Part shown: positions 12,738-23,281 of the stretch, one piece after another
How positions within the stretch are numbered: position 1 is the stretch's first letter
Layout: each line of letters opens with the position of its first letter
NCBI GenBank assembly: GCA_000697335.1
Contig: JNEM01010796.1
Coordinates: 1-33,647 of the forward strand
Source of the DNA: Conidiobolus incongruus B7586
Taxonomy: Eukaryota
DNA: 33,647 nucleotides
Reading direction: 5' to 3'
Position numbers and translations under genes: made by a program
The notes under the pieces: model-generated
The model's database searches: none
Told to the model about the DNA's origin: nothing
Seen by the model: the letters and a program-made list of their open reading frames with translations, nothing else

Positions 12738-13520
12738 TTATTTTGAGGTTAATTCCATATTAAGTTGTTCTCTAAAATGCTCAATGTTATAGCTAGTTAA
12801 TTCATCAAATTAGTATAAACTTAAACCTTGAATTTTGAACAAACTCCAAGTCGGTAGTGAATTCCAGGTTTGATACATTTTCTTAGATATTTTGTGTGAT
12901 CTAAGTGTTGATTTAAACCCAGTATTGTATAACCTATCATCAGATTCCATTTCACAGTTAAAAATCGTTGTGGATTCGCCTATTTTATAGTAACAATAAT
13001 TTTGATTTTGATTTCCCTGTCACTACTAATAGCATGCTTTGAATACCATTTTTTATTATTGATTGAAAAATATTTATGGATATATGACAAGGTACGAGTT
13101 TTTTGGAGATATCAACTAATAACCCTAGTAATTTCTCCTTTCTGCTAATCATAGTTGCTTGCCTTGAATTAAATGTTCTCTGTTTCCTTTTTTATAAATC
13201 TTTATGAAATAATATTTATAGTATTTTGTATAGATTTATTATTGCTGTCACTACCTTCAGTTTTAATTGAGATTATTTATGTTCTTTAATTACCACTCAA
13301 TTGATTATTCCTGCGTTTGGAAACAACTAAGTTGTCACTATTAACTTTTAATTTTTCCTCTATTTCGTTTGACCTAGGGTCTGTAGGAGCATCATTTTCT
13401 CGGATATTCTCTTTGACAAGTTAATTGTAATGGATTAGATTGATTGAGCTGCTCAGCTCTAATCTGATTTAGTGTTTCATTTATGTGACTTAATTTTTTT
13501 TTTGAAATCTGAATATTTGA
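12738..13520 (-). pseudogene. Decayed copy 2 of the orphan family
   Basis: The minus strand reads KKWYSKHAISSDREIK, then a frameshift near 12995, then YKIGESTTIFNC...HKISKKMYQTW...LFKIQGLSLY*FDELTSYNIEHFREQL. This matches the copy 1 C-terminus. The conserved Trp codon is TAA at 12810-12812. The 5' boundary is approximate. Confidence 0.8.
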
Positions 13521-14362
13521 TTAATTTTAGAAGATACGAAACTACTAACACTAAAAATATCCTTTATACTTACACATTTAACAAATTTATACATATATAA
13601 CTAATTATTTATCGGGAATAATTTCAATCAATATTCATTTCATTCAACATCAATATTCAAAATACTGAATTTTTAATGAAAATATATAAAAATAAATCCT
13701 GACTTTACCTGATGATAAACTCATCAAAATCAGAGCATACAATATTATTTTAATGCATACTATCAAATGATAAATAATCATATCAATATTAAATAGTTTG
13801 TTCTAAAATACTTTGATTTAATAATCATCAATTTTGAAAATTACCTCTTCATTATAAAAGATGAACTTTTACCTGGTTATCACATTTAAGTCAAACATCA
13901 TTTATATGTATCAAATTGACATCACATTTTTGTATCATGTTTTTAAGTAAATTGAACAAAATAATATTATTTTTTATAAGGAAAAATTATCTATATATTT
14001 GTATATTTATGATTATTACATTGATTACAGCAATAAGATAACTAGTAAGATATTGATATATGCTGTTTCAAATTAGATATGAAAAATATATTGTTGAAAT
14101 AGCAACAAAATCATGTATAGGTTTGTGTATTTAATGATTATATAATAATTATATCCTTGTAATACTTTATTTTCCTTTTAAATTCTATATTTGAACTTAA
14201 AATTTTATAGAAAAACCTATTTTTATAGAAATGTTAAATTTTACTTTATCATAAAAACATTCAATATTTTCATATTATGAAGGTAGTATAAATTATTTAG
14301 AAAAATTAAATTTCACATATTTTGATTTATTTTGGCAAATAACTTGAATCCTTATAAAATAA

Positions 14363-15103
14363 TTAACCAAACTGTACAGGCAACTGCTGAATATCATCAT
14401 TATTCAGCTCATCAAGCCAGTATAAGCTAAAATCACCAACTTTTAATAAATTCACCTTTGGTAAAGGATGCCAAATATTATAAACTATTCTTGCTATTTT
14501 GTGGTATCGTTTATATTTGTTTCTAGATTCAAATTTGTTCGACTCTTTATTAAACTGAGAGATACAATTTTTCTTCCAAATGAATTCGCCTATTTTATAC
14601 AACAATAACAGAAGGTTATTTTTGTTATTTCTGTTAGCTTTATTGGTATATACTTGATACCATTGATGCAGTTGTTCTGAATAGTATTGAATACCTGAAT
14701 CCTTATCTTTAATTGATCCCAGTTTGATGAAATTTTTGACCAGTTGATTATTGTCCTTAAAGGTATTTGACAGAACCTTAACTAATCTATCCTTTTTCTG
14801 GAACTTTTATTGACATCTTTTACATAACATGCTACTCTCAGCATTTTCATTCTTGAAATTATTACCTTCCCTTGAATCAATATTGTTTGACTTAGTTTTA
14901 CTAGAATTGATGCAATTGGAAACATTGTGATCAATTATCTTATTGCTAGATTATGAAAATAGGTTATTCAGAAGATTTACAAGAAATGATATATTATTCT
15001 TAATAGATTTTAAAGCTTTGCTAATCTTGTTAAATTGAGAACTTGATGGAATGTTTGATTCTTTAATTAGATCATTTGATTTAAAATCAAAAAATCTGGA
15101 TAT
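14363..15103 (-). pseudogene. Decayed copy 3 of the orphan family
   Basis: One continuous frame: (I)SRFFD...SQFNKISKALKSIKNNISF...*...IDSREG...*...KDRLVKVLSN...IKDKDSGIQYYSEQLHQWYQVYTN..KNNLLLLLYKIGEF...YKRYHKI..LLKVGDFSLYWLDELNNDDI. In-frame TAA stops lie at 14951-14953 and 14807-14809. ATA-TCC-AGA stands where copy 1 has ATG-TCA-AGA. Confidence 0.85.
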
Positions 15104-15106
15104 TAT

Positions 15107-17652
15107 AGGCTAACTCAAATTTGTCCTGATTCCTGATTTTCCTGATTTTTTTGAAAATGTTAAAAATATGCTCAAATATGTCCCAAAAAGAAAATTCAGT
15201 GATGTTTTCTTATAATTAACTTTAAAGTCTTAAAATAATTAATAATCAAGTATTCCTCTTCTCAAACTAAAAAATATAGTATTTATTAAAATCATTTCAC
15301 TAGTTTTATTTTTTTGTTATATTTAACACAAAAGAAACAATAGAGTTCCTTATTACCCTTATTATATTTAACTTTAATAAGAACATAAATGATCCAGCAA
15401 TTTTAAGATTAATATATAAACTAAAAACCTCAAGGTATATATCTCCACACTTGCTATATATATTATACTTGCTATAGTAATTTATATATGGATTTTTTTT
15501 GAAGAAAATAATTTTAAAAAATGGATAAGAGTGCTAAAGGCTAAGTTTTTTTAACTTGCTAATATTTTACAATTATATATGAATTTCATTTCTTTTTATC
15601 AAAAAAACAAGTATCTTTAAAAACTTAATTAACAGTTATACTTTATTAACTAGGTTATAAAAAAATATGTTTAAAAGATATAGCTGAAAAGTATTAAATA
15701 AAAGAAGGAATTGTTATTTTATATATTAAAAAAGTAATATATTCTATTAAACAAAAACTAGAAGATTAAATAGTTTAGCTAGAATATTATTATAATATAA
15801 AAGAATCTTATTTAAAACAACCCCTTTTTAATAATTATATTAGTTATGTAAATGATAGTTATATTATACTTAAAAATCAACTTATATTTTAAATACAATT
15901 ATATTATAATAGAAAAAACACAAATAATCTTTAATATATAGTTGTTATATCATTTTTAAATAAATTTATATATTTTGAGTTTAAAAAACTTAAATTATAT
16001 TATAACTTTAGTATTTTAAAAATATTTAAATTATTTAATAAATTAAATAAATATTTTAAACAAAAAAATATACTCTTATAAATAATAATAAGTAATATAA
16101 TTATTTTATACTTAATTTAATTTATTATTAATAATAAATAAATATATTTAATTTGTGTTTTTTATAGGTTATGTTAATAATAAATTTATAGTTATTTTAT
16201 TTCAAAAAAATTAAATTAAAGTTATTTTTCCCTCTATAAAAAAGAATAAAAGAATTTAATATTATATATAGTAATAGATAACTCATAATAGAAAAAACTT
16301 TTAATATCTAAAAAGCTATCTTTTTTTATTTAAGGTTATTACTTTATTATATATAAAATGCAAAAGTTTATTAATTTGTTATTATATTAATATATATAAT
16401 TACTTTTCTTTATAACTTTATTTCTTTTAATAAATAAAATTATAATTTAAAAAAAAGAATTAAAAAAGAAACTAGTAAAAATATCAATATTAATGATAAT
16501 AAGTAAAATATAATCAATATATATAATAACTTTATTAAATTAAATAAATCATAAGTAGCAATAATATCATAAATTAATATTTAGTTAATTATTTTAAATA
16601 TATTCTTTTGATTATATTTTATTTAATAATAAAAATTATATGAACTAATTGCTTTTTTTAAAATTCTTTTATATTAATTATAAAAGTTTTTCTATTAAAA
16701 TTTTTTGTTCTTTTAATAGTTATAACTAATATTCTTTTTATAATTATTTTACCTTAATTTACTATCTTAAGATTTTATTTTACTCTTATATACTTTTTTT
16801 AATAACTTTAAAAAAAAGGGAAAATTAAGTACTTTTACTTTTTCATTTATTATTTCTTATATTTTTAAAGCTTTTACTTAAAAAAATAATTAAAGATAAG
16901 AGTTATTATTACTTTCTTCTTTATTATTTAAAGTATTTAATTCCTTATAGTAAAATTAATTATATAATGAAAAAGTTATAAAAGCTATATTAAAGGTTTT
17001 AAAAATTAAATCATCTTGTGTTATAATAACATTCACTATTCCAAATAAAAGACCATTTTTACTATATTGTTTACTTGTTAAAACTTATTTAACAATTTTA
17101 AATTTATAAATGAGAATTTTTACATAATTAAATATTTTATTAAGTTTCTTTTTTAACTTTAAATAATCTACTTTTTTTAATATAAGGATAAAGTTACATA
17201 TTTGAAAAGAAGTATTTAACTTGTTAAAACACTAAGATTCATAATTTTCTTCTTACCTTAACTAATTAAGTATAACTTCTATTAAATGTAGTTTAAGGGA
17301 GCTTTTATTATTATTACTAGTATTAATAGTAAATGACATAAGAGAAAAAAAATAAAATAAAGCTTAAAAGTAGTGTTTTTATTAATAAATTTATGTGATA
17401 TTCAATACAAAATAAAAGTTGTTTAATTAATATAAAATAAAGTCACACTGTTGTAAAATGCAATAATATACTTTTAGCTTTATTTTCATAGTTTATAAGA
17501 GAAAATGGGTGGATTTTATGAATTGAAAAAATTAGTAAGCTATTTTTTATAACTAATTTTTTTAATTTTTTTGGCTAAGTAACTAATTTTTTCAAAAACT
17601 AAAATCAGTCAAACTAAAAATTAAAAAAAGTAGGATAGATTTGAGTTGGCTT
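15107..17652. mobile_element. Hypermutated TIR DNA transposon relic (~2.55 kb), family unresolved
   Basis: 15107-15127 AGGCTAACTCAAATTTGTCCT versus the reverse complement of 17632-17652, AAGCCAACTCAAATCTATCCT: 17/21 identical, and all four mismatches are transitions. Subterminal repeats are present (CCTGATT x3 on the left; AACTAATTTT repeats on the right). The interior is extremely AT-rich and has no ORF. No clear target-site duplication. Confidence 0.65.
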
Positions 17653-18468
17653 TATGATTGAATAGATTTAATGTCAGACAAAAAATTTTCAATTAATTTT
17701 CTTGATCTATTGAAGTTTGATTTAAACATCATCATTGATAAACAATTTATATAACTAACAAGTAGATAGAACTTTATTGAGCAAGCAACTACATTCAATT
17801 ACTTAATGGAACTATAATATTTATATAATTTTTTTATTTATTAAATGTAATCCAATATGTATTTTGAATATAAATTTTAAATTTAATCAATTAAAAAACA
17901 GAAATTAAATAAGTTGAATTTCCAAATTCTTTAAACACTATATGTGATATATATTTTTACAATAATAAGTTGAAAAATATAATATTATTAGTTAAAAATT
18001 CTATATATAAATAAAATGATATATTAAAATTTTTCAATTATCTTGATTGATTTGTCAAGTGAATATGGTAAAGTACTTATTAAAAAATTTAGAAATATTG
18101 TCCAATTTATGTAGGGTCTTGTCAAAATCCACAGTCCATTAAAACAATTTAACATTTTGTGTTAAAATAATCTTGATATAATTATATTTCATTCATATGA
18201 TTTCAAGGTTCAATTTATATTATGTTATTTTTAAGTACTCTGATTTTCCCTTCCAATAAATATTCAAAATAGCGTGGTATTAATGGATAGATTTCAAAAA
18301 TTGCCAATAAATTGGGCAAATTGATGACATCGACCCAAATTTTTAATATGATTCAAATTCTTTTTAAATACCCAATTCATTCACAAACTAATTAACTGAT
18401 TTCTTTCCCTAACTCTTTCCAATAAATTAAAAAATTATTAAATAACATAAAATCATAATAATAAAATA

Positions 18469-21106
18469 ATGATTCAACAATTTCTTAAATCTAAAAACCT
18501 AAAAACTTTCACTAAGATTAATTCCCAATGGAATAGAAAGTATTCCAACTTAGTACGTTTGGGTAAAGATGTCCAACAAGCTTTAAAGAATAAGGTACCT
18601 GTTGTCAGTTTGGAGAGTACTATTATTTCTCATGGTAAATATTATCATTTTATAGAGTCTGTCGAATTGTTGATTTGAGATTGATTAGGTATGCCATACC
18701 CTCAAAATGTCGAAACTGCTTTACAGGTTGAAGATATTATAAAGTCTGGAGGTGCTGTACCTGCTACCATTGGTTTAATTAATGGTGAAATTGTAGTCGG
18801 TAATTAATATTTTTGAATTTTAAAAGTAATATATGAAATGATCTAATTCGAAATTAGGCTTATCAAGAGAAGAAATTGAATTAATGGGTAAAGAGGGTCC
18901 TAAAGTGAAAAAAGCTTCTAGAAGAGATTTGGGTAACATTTTGTCACAAGTAATAACTCTATATTTTGTGTTATCAGAGTGTGTATTAATGTTGGATTAG
19001 AAAATTTTGGGAGCTACTACTGTATCCACTACCATGATAGCCTCCCATTTGGCTAATATACCTATTTTTGTTACTGGTGGTATTGGTGGTGTTCATCGTG
19101 GCGCTGAAACAAGTAATTTTATTACCAAAGCGTTATTAATTTATATATTAATTCTTAATTAGCTTTCGATAATAGTGCCGATTTAACGGAATTCGGACGT
19201 ACTCCAGTTGGTGTCGTTTGTTCAGGTGTTAAATCTATTTTAGATATTCCTAAAACTTTAGAATATTTAGTAACATTATTATTGTTCTATTTTCATATTT
19301 CATTAAATATTAATTTAGTTATTTAGGAAACTCAAGGTGTTCCAGTTGTTACCGTTAGCAACAACGATCATTTCCCTGGTTTCTTTGTTAGTGATAGTGG
19401 ATTTAAGGTAAATACACTTTTGAGCCTTTGTGTTATTAAATTTATTAATGCATTATTTTCAGAGCCCTATGAATTTAGAGAAGCCTTTAGATTGTGCTAA
19501 ATTATTGGGTAATTATATTATAACATTAATCGTTTTTAATCAAACATATATTAATTCATAACCTAACTAGATACTTAATTTAAATACCAATTAAACAACG
19601 GTGTTGTATTCGCTGTTCCCATCCCTGAATCTCACGCCACCAACGGTCACTTAATTCAAAGTGCTATTCAACAAGCTCTCGAAGAATGTGAGCGTAATGG
19701 CATCAAGGGTAAACTCGTTACTCCTTATCTCCTCGAAAAGATCAATACCATCACCCAAGGCAAATCTCTCGAATCTAGTAAGTCTAATATACAATTCAAA
19801 TTTAATACAAATATATTTATTATCATTTTAGACATTAGCTTAGTTAAGAACAATGCTAGAATTGGAACTGAAATTGCCGTAGAATTGAGTCAATTAAAAA
19901 ATAGTGGTTTCCATCCTCAATCAAGTAATTAGATAGAGTCAATATTATATTAGAATAATAAATAAAATGATTTAATTTATTTACCCTATATTTTGACTTT
20001 TAATTGACAGTTCCGCTTTGAATGATTATTAACATTGGATTGTTTCAATTAGATTTGGAATTGAAAGGTTCTCTTAATAAGGATAGACCTGTAAGTAATT
20101 TAATTAAAATTGATAGCATTTTCAAAATTAATAACATTGATTAGATGGTCATTGGAGGTATTTGTCTCGATCTCATTTCCAAAAGCCACACTGAAGACAA
20201 ACAAAAATTATTGGAAATTTCGACACCTAGTAAAATTGATTTGACACCTGGTGGTGTTGGCTTCAATATTACTCAAGTTCTTCACCAGCTTAAAACTAAT
20301 CCCTCATTCCATTCAATCGTTGGTAGTGACTTATTCGGCGATTACTTATTAAGTCAATTGAAGAGTAAAAATATCGATCTGAAGAACATTCATAAATTAA
20401 ACCTCGACAATTTGGAAGAACCCACAGTCACTGCAGTTTACAGTGGTTTATACTCCAATAATGGTAATATGGTTGGAGCAGTAGCCGATATGGATGTATT
20501 TAATAAAATTAACATTGACAACATCATCAGCTACATCCAAACCAACCCAAAATCATTTGTTTAGATGGCAATTTGTCTCAATCCATACTCTCAGAAATCA
20601 TTGCTAAGGGAAGAGAAGCAAACAGTTTCATTATTTTTGAACCTACGTCTGTTCCCAAGAGTATTAAAATCCCATCATATCCATCTGTGCATTTAATCAC
20701 TCCCAATAGTTTGGAATTAGTCGAAATGTACCGTCATTACATTGCCAAAGACGATAATTTCAAAATTAACGCATCTCAACTCAAAGATATTGGCGTGATG
20801 GAGGAGTTAGCCATGCACCTATTGGACCACTTCCCCAACATCCTCATCAAGATGGGATCCCAAGGAGTCATGCTCGTGACTCACAACTTCAGCATCTATC
20901 TCAAGCCCGATAAAGAGGTGACCAACCCCGTGAATGTCTCCGGCGCTGGTGATACTTTAGTCGGCACAATTGTTGCCGAACTCTCCAAATTGTCCAATCC
21001 CTTCGACTCTGACGAGCGTTGGTGGCGCTCCAGCCTCAACAAGGGTCAATTTAATGCGAGATTAACTTTGAATTTGAAATTGACAGTTTCTGAACTTATT
21101 CAATAG
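18469..21106 (+). CDS. Bifunctional pseudouridine-5'-phosphate glycosidase (PsuG/IndA) + PfkB pseudouridine kinase, 11 exons; disrupted as assembled (in-frame TAA at 19576-19578, frameshift near 20550)
   Basis: Exons 18469-18634, 18689-18799, 18858-18949, 19001-19112, 19163-19269, 19327-19407, 19463-19508, 19571-19777, 19832-19924, 20053-20090, 20145-21106. Glycosidase motifs: [64 protein letters not shown]. Kinase motifs: PGGVGFN, DGNL, FEPTS, TPN..EL, NVSGAGD. Confidence 0.92.
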
Positions 21107-21666
21107 AACACTAAAATTTTTTAAATATTTTTGAATTAAAAAAACATATCAAAATTATACCAATTTCCAAATCATTTAAATTATTAAAGTACACATAATA
21201 ACAGTCAGAAAGTTATAATAACATGTATAGGATTGTTGAAAATAATTCAAAATTATATCAATTTACTCTAATTTAAGAAAAAATTCCTAACAAGCAACAA
21301 ATCTATAGGAATTCTAAATCAGCATAAATAATATGATTATTCTAATTATTATCAACTTGAATATTATTGAATAAAAAACATTTAATTGATAATGTTCCAA
21401 TAACAAACCCGATATTAACAATATGATCTATTTAATGGTAAATATTTAAACTTTCAAAATTTTTTGATATTCATTTACATTTTGTCTAAAATAGGTATTA
21501 TTGTCAATTTAATTCATTATTTCATAATTAGCTTAAACATTTGGAAATTAATTCATTAATTTGGAAATAATTCCCATAAAACTAATTTTTTATTGTTTGG
21601 GATATTATTCGAATGTCCCTTAATTATTATGTTGGTTTGGATATTAACCTTAATTGGGTTTTAGTC

Positions 21667-21703
21667 AATAATAACAATAATAACAATAATAATAATAATA
21701 ATA
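21667..21703 (+). repeat. (AAT/AAC)n trinucleotide tract immediately 5' of the G-patch gene start
   Basis: caataataacaataataacaataataataataataat is directly visible. Confidence 0.8.
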
Positions 21704-21707
21704 TAAA

Positions 21708-23194
21708 ATGATGTCAAATTTTAGTACTATTGATCTAACACTCGAACCAACTAATAATAGTTCTAACCTAATCGATTTAACACTAGACACCTCCAACAGC
21801 AATAATATACCAATAGTTATCGAAGATAGTGATTCGGATTCCGATTTCTATATGGATGACGAAGGGAATACAGAAGTTGACACTTCAAAGGTATCAAAAT
21901 TAAAAATAAGTGAGGTGAAGGATTTGGACTTGGAGGGGGAACAGGATACTGATGATAGTATTGAAGAAATTTTTATACCTCAAATAGTCCACTCTAAACC
22001 TGTGGAAACCCGAGTGTCTCGGAATTTTTCAGTTAATGAAGAATTGATAATGCAGAATCAATTACCATTAAGTGGCAGAGTTAAAGGTCAATTTAGGGAG
22101 AGTAAAACCCGGGACAGAATGCAAGAGGAAGAGGATATAATTAACGATTATTTAGAGAATATTTCAGATCCCGAGACTTTATTCAATATGACCAAGCTTA
22201 ATAACAGTTTAAATATTAATTTTAGTGATGATTCCGATTCCGAGGAAATGGAGGAGGAAAATAGCAATTGGATGGAATTACCAATTAAAAGTAGTTTTTA
22301 TTATACTAATACCACAATAATAATGTATTAATAATGATTAGATTTAAAAACTAGCAAATGTAAAAGCAATTCGAGTCCAAAAATATTGAATACACCTTTA
22401 AATCAACAGTTAAAGCGACACCACATGTAAATTTCATAAAAATCCCTAAATTAATTTTACTAATTAGAGATTTAGCCAATTTCAAAATTTTTTAAATCAG
22501 GAAGATATCAACAGGTAAAACAAAATTTTTTCATCAAGCATCACTATTAAACTTCAGTAGTATGCCGTTAGCTCCCCTCAAGAAAGAGATTCACCAAAAA
22601 ATAGTGCAATTATGCAAATTGTATAATTTTAGGTGTCAACTAAATAAGGGCGGTAAAAAGAAGTAACTCTAATAACACTCACAATACTCTTCCATTAATA
22701 ACATTTTGTTAGATATCTGACAATTTCCAAAACTTCCCAATCTAATTACATATCCGACGAAGCATTCTTAAAATTTTGTCAGAGTTACCAATCTGTACAA
22801 GTATATGACAGGGATTTAATTGGATCGGAAAAGAAGAAGAAGAAATTGAATACTAGTCATGATAAGGCTAAAAATAAGAATAAGAACAAGAAGAGCATTA
22901 GTAACAATAAAAATTCAGGTAATATGAGATGATTTAAGCCGATTATTATGATACTAATGATATCTAGGTCCTCCACCTAAATCCCAACCTGAAAAACCCT
23001 TGGATGAGGATAACAAAGGACACAAGTTGCTATCCAAACTAGGGTAATTTTACTATTAAATTTCCTAAAATATCCAATTAACCCTGATATTTAGATGGAC
23101 TCCCGGCACTTCCATAGGAGCCAACAATACAGGCATTTTAAATCCCATAGAAGCTTTCAAGATCAAGGGAAGATCGGGATTGGGCTTCGAATAA
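21708..23194 (+). CDS. R3H-like + C-terminal G-patch protein (Sqs1/Pfa1-like), 7 exons (21708-22290, 22342-22426, 22476-22514, 22561-22662, 22713-22918, 22968-23043, 23095-23194)
   Basis: The spliced C-terminus PLDEDNKGHKLLSKLGWTPGTSIGANNTGILNPIEAFKIKGRSGLGFE* is a clear G-patch. MPLAPLKKEIHQKIVQLCKLYNFRC..GGKKKYLTISKT resembles R3H. EEDIINDYLENI recalls Sqs1-type N-terminal motifs. The junctions of exons 2-4 are less certain. Confidence 0.8.
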
Positions 23195-23281
23195 ATAATT
23201 AATAAATATGATGGTCTACTTTAATTTTATTTATGATTATGATGATATGATGGTTAATAAATATATATTTATGTGTGTGAA

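Noticed and set aside
8223..19578. Alternative genetic code (TAA read as Gln) as the explanation for the in-frame stops
   Set aside because: Conserved genes here (CSL4, TRF4, MCM4, G-patch) end at TAA in the expected positions, and long conserved exons lack internal TAA.
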